DNA of 64,000 nt from Amoebidium appalachense. Its lineage: Eukaryota; Protista; Ichthyosporea. Under the pieces are notes generated by a model that was given only the letters and a program-made list of their open reading frames with translations, had not been told where the DNA came from and searched no databases. This document shows positions 36,498 to 56,881 of this stretch, one piece after another; position 1 is the stretch's first letter, and every line of letters starts with the position of its first letter. The DNA lies in the NCBI GenBank assembly GCA_963693365.1, contig CAVNZM010000005.1, forward strand, positions 6,331,167-6,395,166, written 5' to 3'. The translations under genes and the position numbers were made by a program.

Positions 36498-37254
36498 AAG
36501 TTGAGTTTTGTATTTATTTATTAGTTGTTGTAGTTTGTTTCCTTTTCCTTTCTTCATTTCTTTCTTTCTTTTCCGTTTCCGTGTACACGACATCTTAGAT
36601 CTGTGTACGTATCGACATACTTAGCTCGCGCACACGTATTGTCGTTTGCGTCAAAATCTATATATGTCATCCAATCATATCTCGTTTGTATTTTCCCAAA
36701 TATAGTAACTTACATTCCTTTCTCATTCCTTTCCCACGACGTAGCATTGTGCTATGTTCTTCAACTATTAGGAATAATTATATTTAGACGTGTTATGATA
36801 AGAACATGTATAAATGTAATACTATGTTATGAATTAATAGTTACATAAGTGGTTTCATTTTGTTAAATGTTTCCGTGCTTTTATTAGAAGTTTCTTTCAT
36901 TAGAGGATTGAGTTTTATATTCTATGTGTCGACAGACATTTTAATCGATATATTTTACACTCATAGTTTTCGTTCTTTTGATTGGTTTATCGTTTCACAT
37001 TCCCAAGTATAAAAGGGACCTCATCTTGAAATAAATCACAAGCAGTCGTATTCAATTTCCTATGGTTCCAGAAATCGTTCCTCCTCTCCGGTTGTGTTTT
37101 TCCCGTGTGTCTCTGTGTTGTGTATATCATAACACCCATCTGTGCTCTTTGCTTCTCCGTTTACCCACACAAAATAACAGGTTTACGGCCCCTTTGCACG
37201 CTAACACACAATCTTGTTACAACCGCGAAATTCCTCAGTCTAACTGCTTCAATC

Positions 37255-38259
37255 ATGGCTGACAAACCGTCGTATATCAACCTTCCAATATGGAATCCGT
37301 CCGAGAAACGAGACGAGAAACGTCTTAATTATTTCGAGTGGGAGCCACTCATTCACCGGTTCATTAGAACAACCATTGCCGAGAAATTCGTTGACGCTAT
37401 CAAGAGGCCACAGTGGGTTGACGGCGCTGAAGCCAACCAGTGGCTAGGCTACACCACCAAGGACTCCTACAAGAAAGCTTCCGACGTCCTCGACCAGATC
37501 CTCAACCAGTCCGTCCACCCGACCGAGCTCTACGACTCCGGCCGGATGCAAGACGGTGTCCACGGTGGTGAAGTCTTCCACAACCTACGTATGGCGTATG
37601 TAGCAGAGAAGGAGGCCCGAGTCACCCAGATCCAAGTCACCTTCGAGGAGCTTGAACTACGAGACTACCCCAACGTCACAGCATACCTCACCCGTCTCCA
37701 ACGTCTGGCTACGACACTTGCCTGCCTCGACGAGCCCGTCCAACACAAGGATGTCGTACGTAAGTTCTTCCTTCACCTCAGGAAGAACACGGCTCTGGTC
37801 TGCTCCGACATTGAACGTCTCTGCTCCGACTACTGGATGAACAACAAGGCCTACCCGTCCTTCAACCAGCTCATCAGTGACATCCGAGGAGCTGAAATCC
37901 GTGCCGGCCTCATCGACGCAGGCACTGGTGCAACCGTCAACCACCGTCCCCTCCGTGCACTCCAGAGCAGAGTGCTTCCCCCCGGTGACCTCCATAACCG
38001 TATTCCTCGACGTGAGCATACACCTCACCGATCCCCGTCCCGGGCCGTTCCCGTGATCCTCGTCCGTCCTCCAAGTCACCCGGCCCTTGTTCAACTTCCC
38101 CTTACCACCGTGGTAACAGGGACAACCGTAACCGACAGCACAACACCAAGAAGGTGGAGTGTTCCTACTGCCATGAGCCCCACCACATCACAGCATGCCC
38201 GGAGCCTGGCTGTACTGTTGCTCGTCGTGCCAAGCAGGAGAAAGGCGACAAGAGTGTGA
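37255..38259 (+). pseudogene. gag: Copia gag, frameshifted near 38041-38045
   Basis: MADKPSYINLP...VTAYLTRLQRLATTLACLDEPVQHKDVVRKF resembles Copia gag. The Zn knuckle continues in the -1 frame. Confidence 0.75.
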
Positions 38260-39623
38260 AATTTGCACTCATCTCCTCCACCGGCACACCTGACAGTAAC
38301 GACCCCGTCTGGGACAGTGCTTGTAATGCACACATCTGCCCCATCAAGGAGTATTTCTCCTCCCTTACCCCGTGTCCTCCCACCCCCATTCACGGCCTCG
38401 GCACAGTCAATGCCAAACAACGTGGCATCATCAACATGACACTGCACTACAACGGCCACCCAACACAGTGCAGCATCAATGCTTACTACGTACCCGAGGC
38501 ACCGTCTTTCCTCGTGTCTACCTCCATGGCCTCAGCTGCCGGCCTCCTAGGTCATTGTGACGATCATGATACAGACAACCACCCGTCGTTCCTCTACAGC
38601 CGTAATGGTGACATCATCTCAGATCTCACCCCCCTCGACGGTCTCTACTACATCACTGACTATGTGATTGAGACTCCTAAACACCCGAGGGTCCAAGCCT
38701 ACACAGCAAGGACTCAACCAACCAACGACCTCACCCTTTGGCACAACCGTCTCGGCCACCGTGCCTTCTCCACCGTCACCAATCAGGTCCCCGTTCCCCC
38801 CAAACCCGATCTGCCGACATTGGACCCCCCCTCCGACGACGACGATGAAACTTCGTCTGTGGTCATCTCCCAACCGTCCTGGCACAACCAACCAGCCCCG
38901 GTTGAACCCGTGCCTCCCCCGAGCCCCCCCCCCCCCACTGGCCAACAACCCTTGCTGCCGGCCCCCCCCGTTGCTGTGCATCAACCCGGCTACATGACCC
39001 CGGTTCGTCCTGGGTCCCCCACCTTCCACTCGGCCTTGAGCAGCCCTGTGGAAACCGATGCCCCCCTCACCACCGGTCCTATTCCTGGCTTCCATGCCCC
39101 TGTCCCGGCCTCCACCACCTACCCGGCCACCACCCCCCTCAAGGACCCCCCCAAGCCCAACCTTCGTCGGTCTACACGTCTCACCAAGACTCCCACGGCA
39201 CTGGTCAGCATCATGGCACCGACCATCAACATTGACCAGCTTCCCAAGGGCATTCAAAAGCTTTGCAACGGTCCCAACGGTGATGCCGTCATAGCTGCCC
39301 TCACCTCCGAGTACCAAGCCTTCATCACCAAGGATGTCTTCACCATTGTTGATCCCCCCCCTGGTGCCAACATCATCATCAAGTTCAAGTGGATTGTGAC
39401 TGAGAAAGTCCTCAACTCAGCCGGTGACACCAAGATCAAAGCTCGTGGTGTTGCAAAGGGCTTCACTCAAGTCTACGGTGTTGACTACGGTGACACCTCT
39501 TCCCCCGTGGTGATGTCCTCCTCCGTCCGTGCCCTCCTTGCCATCGGTGTGGACGGCAACCATGAGATTCATCAACTCGACGTCTCAACTGCCTTCCTCA
39601 ACAGTCTTACCCACACAAACTAA
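38154..39623 (+). pseudogene. pol: Copia pol fragment: Zn knuckle, protease, GAG-pre-integrase and N-terminal RT; integrase core absent
   Basis: Motifs CSYCHEPHHITAC, VWDSACNAHIC, GLYYI...LWHNRLGH, KFKWI...KARGVAKGFTQVYGVDYGDTSSPV and HQLDVSTAFLN. Confidence 0.9.
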
Positions 39624-41053
39624 CAGTCTTGATGGGAAATCGATAAAGCTCATGTACATACTCCAACACGTACTGATGTAGACATTTTCATACAGACCAT
39701 TTGTGATAACATGCTTTGTAAACATTGTCAAAAATCATACACGAGACGCTCCGCACATGCGAGACGGACACGGGTACCCTTGGGCAAACCCTTGACCTCG
39801 ATGCTTGCAAAACGCCTGTTTTTAGGGACGAGACCACCAACAGGCATACCATTCGGATTTATGTAGTGACGGTACTTGTTATAAAAGACTTCATCGTCTA
39901 GTGCAGCTATATCTCACACCTCTTGAACGAGTGAGTGCCCGCACGCACATTACAGCTCGGGCGTCCCTTTGACAGTCAGGGCAAACGGCGAACTCGTCGT
40001 TCTCACTCATATTTATTAATTATTTTTTTTGTAGTATGTGCGCGTTTGAACAACAAAGAAAGTGAGCATTTCTGGGCGTGTCACGCATTTTGTACCCGAG
40101 GAGGAACTTCGAGGAAGGTAAAAAAATCAAGGCGAACAATGTTCCCTATGACAAGAGCCCCAGACTACAGTTGAGACGTGCCCAGTAGTGTTGATATAAT
40201 ACACACATCTATAAGCCATAAAAATAAGTAAACGCTTCATTGGTAAGGCAAAGAATCAATATTCATGCATATCATATATGAAGGCCGTATGAATTCGTAC
40301 TTCTTCTTCCTATGCACCGCCGAGGCCGGAGGGTGTTGCCCTACCTAGCTCCAACTACAGCCTTGCCTACCAAGTAGCCTGGAAACCACATAGCGCATGA
40401 CAACAATCCAATGGCAGATAGCCCTTTTAGGGTCGTTAGTGCACTAATTGGAAAAATGGCATAATATCGCTAATATCATATTTGTCATGAAAAGCCTTAC
40501 TATACTTTAAATTTGAATAAAAATATACATATAACCACGTTTTTACCGACAGGTACTACACAACAGCGCCTTGGTTTTGTATAACTCACAGTAACACGAA
40601 GGATTGCATTTATGTAAAGCCCAATCAAATCTTTCTGTTGATCCAGCATTTCGGCGCCAAAAAACCTCATTGCGCGATCTGATTGGCTTTGCGAGGTCGA
40701 CTGGCGGGAAAGCGAATGCGTGTACAGCCAATCACACGAGACTGGCGTGCACTGAATTTTGGGTGGTCGCAGAGTAGGGCAAACACACGCCGTACGGGCT
40801 GGAAAGCCGGGCCTCTGCGAACCAGATGCAGACCGTAAACCTATCCAAAACCCAGGAAAGTGGGGTTGGAAATTCACCACTTATTATCTCCCTCCGGCGG
40901 TCGTTCCCCGTTTCCCTTCCCGACGCCCCCTTTGATACCCTTACTATACAGCACCCACCATCTATTAGGAAGCAAGCCCTGGGAATTTTGCTGAAGGAAA
41001 ATGACATTCGTACGCCTTTAGTATATATTAAAATAAGAATTACCAAGGCTGTA

Positions 41054-42725
<1,672 letters not shown>

Positions 42726-43213
42726 TACTAGTAGGTGCTCCTTACGATTTTTTTTTCGAGGTGGATCTGGTTCCTAGAAAACCAGCTGTGGTCATTACGC
42801 TATACACGCCGGCCGCGATCTATTGGTTGAGGCGATCATCTCTCTAAGTGCGGCTCACTAATAGCCGGTCCAAATCGTCGCTTGATTGGATCAAAGTCAC
42901 GCTCCTATTTTATTAATAAATCCGGAGATATATGACCCGAAAACCCACCCAGTAGATCCCCTTAACCCCTAGCCGTTCGCCGATGCAAAAATGCATCATT
43001 TTCAAAATAATTGCATCAGCGACGTTCGAAAGTAAATAGCGCCTGACGCGTAATAGGCAGGACGCTAGGAATTTCTGCCTAACTTAGTATATGTTTTCTA
43101 CTTTAGAAAAACACCAAAAACACCGGGGTCGCGATCGACTATGTTTTTCTGTTTCTCGTGGGTTTTCTGCCTAATTGTGTCTATATTTTTAGCGAGCGGC
43201 CCCCAAATTTTCG

Positions 43214-43681
43214 TTTCCAAGTGACTGCCAGTCCTTAGCCTCCAGTCGAATGGCAATGACCGGGTTTGCTTGCAAGCATTATGTAATTGTGTTTTTCTGT
43301 GTGTCCTGCCACAACTAGGCCACCTTATCAGAGAGCTAGATGCAGTTTCTCCGGGTTATCTAGGGGCCGGGCCCGTTGAGATTGTTTTCTAGCTCAGATT
43401 TGGTCTGCATTGCTCTTTTAGAGGCTGACTTGCTTGCTGTGCCTCGATAGGTTTTGAGGGGGGCCTGTTGATGTCTTCTTGCGGAGTGTGGTCTGGTCAA
43501 CGTTAACATCAATGCATATGGCCGTCAGTTGGAGCAAACTAGTTTCACGCATACACGTACACTTAAGGTTTTGCCCGCTGGTGTCCTTTGTCACTTGTCG
43601 CTTTATTTTTATTTCGTAGCTTTGGCTTTTTCAGTTCTATTGGTGGTTATCTAGCCTGTGGCTGCACGTTGCCTTCATCAA
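43214..43681 (+). repeat. Dispersed repeat A, copy 2
   Basis: Matches 2570-3056 with several small indels. Confidence 0.9.
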
Positions 43682-44894
43682 CGGATCAATAAATCCGACT
43701 GGCAAAAGAAAATTTTTTTCGAACGCTGGCGGCAAGAGGATGCCCGGGATTCACGGATTCCAACCCTGGAATCGATCGGCTGCATCGATCCGATTTGCTG
43801 AGGTCTTTGTATACGGGGATTAATGATTACGTAGGCTGCTTGAAAGAAACCTCGCCGCGGTTGGCAAAATCGGCACAAATCACGTGTTCATAAGACGTGC
43901 GGGCACATAGGAACACGCGGTCTTTTGTGGGACACAAAGAAAGACATATAAACATGTGCTTGGTGCATTTTTGTCCACTTTGGCCGCCTTTAATGATTTT
44001 TTTCTATTTTTCAAAACTGGTCGATTTTGGCCTCCGGGCGAACGGCTCCGGGTTAATAAGTACACCCGGAACTTGGCACACCACGCATGATCATCCTCCT
44101 GACGAGTTTTTCAATTGCCAACCGTTGTAGTACGCCCCCCACGGTACCTCCGAATCATACTACAACATATAGAGCTTTTGAAGGAAAGGCGTTAACGATC
44201 TGTGACCTACACAGGATCCGAGCTAGAGAGGAAACAGCAGTACTTCTTCGCGTAACCGTGCGTTTTTCCTTGATCAAAGTTGCAGATTCAGTACACGCGA
44301 GGAAATCTATGAACGAAAACGGTTCAACGACCGATTTGCAAAGGCCTTGCATCGATTTTTGGCAGTACCCATTCAAATTCTATGATGAAGGTCTTTCATG
44401 AATGGTTGCCCGCCTAGCCGTTTTTCGTGCACATGGTCCCGTGAACAGGGCTTTGTCCTGCCCTCTCACCAACTGTCTCAAGTTTGATCTTCACGTTCCA
44501 TTTCTATTTAACGCTGCACGTTCGCAGAAGTGACCCAAGCTTCCAGAATCTCCACATCGCCAATTTTCATTTTTAACGATGGGGATCGACATCGGGCACC
44601 GAACGAGCTACACGGTACGGTACGTTGACGTGCACGTGTAACTGAACACCGCACATCACGCGGACACTGAAAAGCACGTCGCATGAGCATTCTTCCAGGT
44701 GCGTTCCGAACCAATACAAACGCTGAAAACGAAGACAAATTCCGATGCCAGATTACGTAACAGACACGACATAGCATAGGGTGCCGCTTGTACAAGTATA
44801 TCACGTGTTTCACACGCACACCTAACCAACCCACACACTAAAACACAAAGCAACCAACACGTGAAAACATCGTGCCAGCACAAGAATCTCGAGA

Positions 44895-49356
<4,462 letters not shown>

Positions 49357-49731
49357 ACTCCTTTTGCTTTGCAATGGCCAATCAAATTGGACGATGGCCT
49401 CCCGTATGAGGCTATTGTTGTGGTGGTCCCAAGTGAATGTGCGGACAGTGCAGTGTGCTCACTGCTCAGACCAAACCACCAACATAACATTGCCCAAAGA
49501 GCAACATCCCGTACCTATAAGCTTTCTGTATAGTTTTACATTCAACACCTTGCCTGTGTATAATATCTGTGCTGGTTGGTTGGTTGATCTTTTTTACTGG
49601 TCTTTGTTACCTCATTTTGTATGATGATAGCATGATCCATGGTGTATACAGATATAATGCGAAACTGGACGTGTTTTCAGAGCCCTCCCTCCCTCCCTCC
49701 CCCCCCCCCCCCCCCTCCCCCACCATCACCA

Positions 49732-49796
<65 letters not shown>

Positions 49797-51413
49797 CGCG
49801 CACGCGTGCGAACAACGGTCGACACTTTGGGGTGATAGAGCGATCACCGTGGCAGCATTTTTGTACCAATGTAAAACGTGTCAACGTTGTGTAGTGTGAA
49901 CACGAGTGTTACGGTCCGGGCCATACGTAATTGAAAGGGGGCAGCAAGTTCCAAAGCTTGCCACAAATGAAATGTTCGTTTTTATTCAACCACTACCAAG
50001 CTTAAGGACGTAACAATTTTGCATCCACAACAGCTATAGTCGGCATTATCTTACTAGTTACACTACACACATTATCTGCATTATAAGTTATAGAAGCTTT
50101 TATTACTGCAGCTGAGACTTAACTTTATACACTGAAAAGAGCACATATGTGATTCGAGTTCCCATGTGTGGTGTGCGTGTAACCATGTGTGCATGTGTAC
50201 CTCTCAACCAATGGCATGTCTGTTGTGCATGTGCACGCATACGCTGTACACGTGCACACACGTTTCGGTGCTTGTGTCATTGCGTGTGTTGTCGGCCCCG
50301 GGCATGTGTGCGCATGCACGTGTGTCCCTGTGACCATGTGTGTGCTTGCGCTCACATGTGTGTACTGGTGTGCGAGCCTGTGTGGTGATACGTACGTGTT
50401 CTGCTGTCTTTCATGTGTGCCCCTAACTGTTTGAGCACTTATTATGGCGTGTATGCAACCCCCCCCCCCCCCCCCCCCATCCAGTGGGGTTTTTGATGAA
50501 TTTTATTATTCTCTCGTACTGCATGATTCCACTATACGTTGTCGGAAACAACCGGGAGCTCAAAAACAAGAGTCCCTCACCAGCAACGTATGTGGCTTAC
50601 TGCGTTTTCTTGCACAACCTAATTATAATAACACAGAGCAGCTGCCGCTGCGCCTAGCGGTTCAAGCCGCAGTAGGACATTCGCTGCAGAGCTGGCAATA
50701 CTAAGACTGTACCGTTATTAAAGAGTGGTCAGATAGTTAACGTCAATACAACATACATACATCACTAAGCAGTGATATATACAATGTGCATTGCAACCCG
50801 GGTTACTATGATGATAATAATAATAATAATGGATAAAATGATGGCGAGATCATTGGATAAAATAAATACACAAACAGATAGCAACTCTTCGAAACGTTTT
50901 TTCGCAGTATCCTAATGATCACGGGATATATCTAATGATATGCACAATACTAGTGGCAATCTCGGCTGAACGTCTATCATGTATTATAAGACCGTTGCGT
51001 GAGCAAATACAATGATAGCACAAGTACAAGAACAGGCACTGAGCTAAATATCCTAAGCCAAACCAAATATAATGCAATTCACAATTTCTGTATATCCAAA
51101 CACAAATATCCAAAATTATTTTTGCATCCTGTGTGCGTGGTAAATTTGAAGCACAGCAAACAACACAACGCCATAAAAAAAAACCCATACACCAACGAAT
51201 TACATTATGCATCCCTACTGACAAGTCACGCCAGCCGATGCAAACACAATTATCTCACACTTTTGAGCCCCATATTCTGGGGACATATTCAACATATAGG
51301 ATCATCTTCCCATCACCGTGTTAAATAAATGCATGATTCTTAGTCATAAATGTGCACACAACCAAAGACATTTTGAATATTCCTATTCTTATTCTTAGCA
51401 TCATTATTTAGCG

Positions 51414-51450
<37 letters not shown>

Positions 51451-51458
51451 GTTGGAGA

Positions 51459-51849
51459 TTATTTGAGCATGCCGGAAGTGCCTGTGATCTCGATGTGCTT
51501 GGACAGATAGTCGTAGGACAGACGCAGACTACCTGTAAGACGGAGCATGGCCTGTGTGCGTGTGCATGTGTGTACGTGTGTACGTGTGTATGTGTACGTG
51601 TGTGTCTGTGGGGGTGTGTGTGCGCGCATGTCTGTGTGCGTGCATGTGCATGACACGGATGTGCATCATTAGTGACGTGTGTATGTTTACCCGTGTGTGT
51701 GTGGTACCAACTCGTATGTGTATGTGTGTGTGCACGTGTGTTGGGGAATGGGGTCAAATGTTTGTGTCGGTGTGTGTTTTGTGGTGGTGGTGGTTGTGGT
51801 GGTGGTGTGTGTGCGCGCACGCGCACGCGCGTGTGTGTGTGTGTATGAT

Positions 51850-51881
<32 letters not shown>

Positions 51882-52174
51882 GGTTAGTTAGAATTCGGCA
51901 CACAGTGCAACCTACAACTACATGACGATGCAGGACACGTACAAAGTTAAAACGTTCATAAGTACACAACATCAGTAATCTTAGGCACACAGTATATGGG
52001 GGGCAAAAAATGCTATGTCGGCAGAACCCATCCTCGGGGAGGGGGGGAGGGGGGGGGGGAGGGGGGGGGAGGGGGGGAGGGAGGGGGAGGGGTTCAAGTC
52101 ATCAATTGCATCTGAGTTTCGACCCTTTGGCCTGGTATACAAAAAACAAGGCGGGGCGGGAGGGAGGGAGGGAG

Positions 52175-52208
<34 letters not shown>

Positions 52209-52539
52209 TTTTGAATAGGCAGCTTCTAGCTAGGTAAAGAGAAAAAAAATAAGCAAAGTGAGGGCAGGTAAGAGTCTCGGAGTCGCTATGTACGCCTAGG
52301 GATGTGTGCCCATGCATTCTTCGAATGGTCAAGCAGGGGGGAGGGGAGGGGGGGCGGCGGGGGGGGAGGCTGGGCGGGCAGAGGGGGAGGGGGGCTTGGG
52401 GGGGGGGAAGGGTGTGTGTGTGTGTGTGTGTCTGACAACTACAGGGGAAGCCTGTACAACCACCATCACGCCTGGCCGGGTAAAGGAAACCCCCCCCCCC
52501 CCCCCCCCCCTAAACACACAAACACACAAACATATCGCG

Positions 52540-52570
<31 letters not shown>

Positions 52571-52933
52571 GACACACACAGACACACACAGACACATCCC
52601 ATAGCGCAGGCTCTTAGTGAAGTAGCAGTTGCCCTTGTCGAAGAATCCCTCACGCACGTTGGCCGCAAAGTGGCCCTTCTTTGCATCGGGGTTAAACCCG
52701 GGTAGGTTGAACACCTTCATCACCTCGGTGGACGCAACCCCGGCATAGCTCACACGCCCGGAATTTTATGCCACCCCGTTGTAGTATCTGTGTCGTGTGT
52801 GTGTGTGTGTGTGTGCGTGTGTGTGTTTTGGGGGTGATTTTTTTTGCATATATTAGTGACTAAAAAGACGTTCTTTGGATTGAAAAGTTGGGGGTGTGAT
52901 AGTTGTGTTGTGGAGAACACATTTCTGTGCCTC

Positions 52934-52978
<45 letters not shown>

Positions 52979-55104
52979 CCCCGGCCGCCCCTCATCCTCT
53001 CTTTCAAATTTCCCTTGTGTGCGGTCTGTGCTCCTTGCGTAGAAGAAGGTGGGCACGGAAAGAAGACCCTCTTTCGCCCCTAAAATAAAGGAAAATAAGG
53101 GGGAAGAGGGGTGTGGGTGGGGGGAGGTGGGGTGGGGTGAGGGGAGGGGAGGGGGTAGAATGTGGTGCACGGGAGGAAGCACACATTCACAACGGGTATT
53201 GTAGTGAGGACTGATGCAAAAAATAACACAAGCATCATGAAACAAATCATTATGATCCACTCGGGAGGAGGGATGGGTGGGGGCGGGGGGTGGGGTTGGG
53301 GGGGTTTGAATGCGCCATAAAGTGCGAAGTACACATGAACAACGGACAACACGATGCAGAGTACATACTGCACATCCAAGAGTATGCATAATAAGTAGAA
53401 CCCATTCTCAGGGGGAACCCACGTCATCCACAGGACCCGAGTTTAGACCCGTTCACCTCGTCAACGAAACCCAACCTAGATACTGTTTCAATTGAACATG
53501 GGTGGGTCACCCGTCTTGATCAGAGACGAGCAGGGTTACGTAATGCGAGCAGGCAACAGGCAAGGGCAGTGAGAAAGGCCGGGGGTTAAAGTTGCAGCAA
53601 GAAAAAAAAAAAAAAGAGGTGGAGGAGGAGGAGGGGGGGGGGGGGGGGGGGGGGGGGAGGGTGCGTATCAGACAAAGGAACGCATGGAAGCAAAGACGTC
53701 ATCAAACACAAAACAGAAACCCACATGATACGATTGCGAAGGCAAAAACCGTATGAGAAGAGAACACCACCACCAAGGTTCTGAAGGGCTGTGCGCGTGA
53801 GAGTCTGTGCATTGATGTGTGTATGTGGGGACAAGGGGAGAAGGGTGGGAATATGCGGGGCTAGAATGTGTTACAGAGTGTGTCCTACTAGCCATGTATA
53901 TTCTCGAAGAACAACACTTTGCTGATGTTTCAAGAGAATAGAAAAGAAAAGAAAATTAAAGGGAAAAGACACACACACAAAGAGCATGCATCACACGTGT
54001 GTTCCAGGGGGAAGAGGGCGAGCGGGCGCCCCCGGGGGGGGGGGGGGGGGGGGGGGGGAGTGGAGGTAAGTTATGTATTAAGTGTGCACATTGACGACAG
54101 CTAACACCATGCAGATTGCACGGCACAACGTCCGAAAGAGAGAGAACAGAGAGACAGTGAGTATGTGGTGTGTGTTGTCACAAAGTTTTTGTTGGAGAGG
54201 GGAGGAAGAGGGGGGGGGGGGGGGGGGGGGGAGGACTATCACTGAATCTGCTTCTTGATATGTGTTGTCATTGTGCTCTTCAAAGCGTTTGCCTCCGCCT
54301 GTGCCCCCACCGCCTCCCTCTGAGCCCTCCTCTCCTCCTCGTCTCTCTTCCTCTTCCTTCTCCTCTACCTGTCTGTTCAGTTCCCAATGCATGACTTTGC
54401 ACGCGCGGCGAAGGACGTTGGGGTCGCTGATTTCGGACCAATAGGAAGACGGTTTGCTGGTGAGGTCTAGGAGCTCGAGCTTCATGGCGGCGATTTCTCC
54501 CTGTTTGCGTTTGGATGCCTCCTGTTTGTTGTGGGGGAGGGGGGGGAGGGGGGGGGGGGGGAGGTTTGGACATCGGGTTAGAAGGATTTATGTGGTTTAA
54601 ATGGGGATGTGGTTGGTTATTCAACTGTGTACATAAGACGGGAAGAATAGTAATGCTGGCAAAGAAAGAGAAGCAGATTTGGGGTGCACGAGTGCGCGCG
54701 CATTAGGGGACGGACGGGTGGGGCGGGGGGGGCGGGCGGGGGGGGGAGGATTGAAGCTGAGAAAAGCAGGTTAAACAACAAAGAATAAGCTCGTAAGGGA
54801 CGCATTCTTGAAGAACAGTGGAATGGGGCGAGAAGAGGTGTGGAGGAGGCCCGAGAAGTAAAAAACGAGGACGGGGAGGAAGGAAGTGGAAGGAGGGGGG
54901 TTGCTCAAGCAGAAATGCTTGTGTGTCTTTGTGGCCAGGCAAACTTTTCGATGGCCAACAGGCAGGTGGCCCCCCCGGGGCCGGGGGGGGGGGGGGGGGT
55001 CTTGAACGTCACGGAAATGAACATGTTCTATAATTGATCAGACGATAGACACGTGTCAGTGTATTCTATATGCATGTCAATTTTCTCACCATCGTCCATC
55101 GTGA

Positions 55105-55170
<66 letters not shown>

Positions 55171-55607
55171 ACACTTCCCCTCCTTCAAATGCCCCCTATC
55201 ACCTCGAGCCATCCTCCTTTTCTGGAAAGCATATCAACCATCATCCAGACACTTTTCTTTATCAGAAACTTTCGAAGACGAGGGGAGGGGGGAGGGGGAG
55301 GGGAGGGGGGGGGAGGGGGGGAGGGGGGGGGGGGGGGGGGATATATGAAACAAGCACCCACCTCTGCCCGTTTTGCCTGTGCCTCTGCCTCCTGTCTGCG
55401 CTCCTCAGGTCCCTTGCCGTGCTTGTTCTTCTCGTGGGCACGGAGCGACGACTGTACGTGTGTACGTGTGTGTGTATGTGTGCATGGGTGGTTGCATGGT
55501 ACAGAGCATGCATGGGTTCAAATCAATAATCACCCATTTACCGTGCTTGGCTATCCTCCCCACCACCTCCCTTTCGCCCCCCTTCCCCCTCTCTCCCCCC
55601 CTCCTCC

Positions 55608-55657
<50 letters not shown>

Positions 55658-56326
55658 ACACACACACAATGTCCCCCTACTCCCACAAAAGCCACTCTCA
55701 AACACCTTTCGAACGTCCCCCCCCCACACCGACCCATACACACACCCTGTCCCGCTGTACATCCGATGACCATGGGTCATTCAGCTTCACCGACCCTCCC
55801 CATCCCCCCCCCCCCCCCCCCCCCCGGCGCCCCAACCTCCCCCCCCCCCCCCCCCCCCTTAACACACACACACACACACACAGACACACACACACACACG
55901 GACACACACACACCATCACCAACCCATCCATTTTCCAAATCCAAATTCCTCCTAACCGACCCCAATTCCATACACCCACAGCACTGAATCGTATGCTCTT
56001 CTCTTTCTCTTTTTACCGATAATGCCGTCACATATTTTGCTCTGTTCCGGCTATGTTTCCTTCCCAGAACCAGTCGAACTATAAGCCTTATATCTCTGGA
56101 ACTTCAACAACTGTTAAGCATGCTCCTGTCCCCCCCCCCCCTCCCCTTCCCCCCCCCCCCCCCCCCCCACTCACCCACACCTCCTCCCCTCCCCACGCCC
56201 CAAAACACACACACACAAACACATGCGTACCCCCCTGCCTTGCCCTACCCGCAACTCTCTCCCCCCCTCCCCTCCCGAACAACCTCCAATCTTTACCATT
56301 GTCCCAACACACACACGCGCGCGCAC

Positions 56327-56362
<36 letters not shown>

Positions 56363-56792
56363 CTTGCCCCTCCCCCCCCCCCCCCCCCCCCCCCCCTCAC
56401 CACCCCCCCGGTCCCCCCCTTCCCCCCCCCCCCCCTCCCTGTCCACCCGCCTTTCCCTATCCACGTTCTTCCCGCTCACCAGTGTTGCATATTTCTTGCT
56501 GCATTCCCCACAAACATGGGGCTTGTCCTCATCCGTCAGCGTTCTGCGCTTGACACTCTGCTCGGCCACTACACATGTTGAAGGGATAACTCAAACGGCA
56601 GGTTTAACGTTTGAAAGGTCGACAAAGCATTTGAGTATGGATGGGACGTGGGTGGACTTGGCAGCGGACTTGGGAAGTTCTGTGGGAAGGTGAAAGTTGA
56701 TGTGAAGAGAGTGGGGAGGGAAGAGGGGGGCGGAAGGGGAAGGTGGGGCGGGGGTGGGGGGGGGAGGGAGGGGGGCATAGATGCAAGGGTAC

Positions 56793-56881
<89 letters not shown>

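Larger units (their letters stand above)
36791..39623 (+). mobile_element. Decayed Ty1/Copia LTR retrotransposon (putative 5' LTR, gag, protease, pre-integrase, partial RT); 3'-truncated
   Basis: LTR-like signals: TATAAAA at 37008, AATAAA at 37030, and PBS-like TGGTTCCAGA at 37063. The LTR 5' boundary is a guess. Copia-type coding motifs follow. No 3' LTR, RNase H or complete RT. Confidence 0.85.

Noticed and set aside
39729-39913. Protein-like minus-strand frame (DIAALDDEVFYNKY...)
   Set aside because: Only ~60 codons between stops and no recognisable family.
52766-52768. In-frame TAA as evidence for a reassigned genetic code
   Set aside because: The other gene models contain no internal TAA/TAG, and the trypsin gene ends at TAA.
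53456-53486. Candidate micro-exon (YLGWVSLT) in the zinc-finger gene
   Set aside because: It abuts dispersed repeat B, and the join still runs into the TAA unless an atypical GAG acceptor is used.
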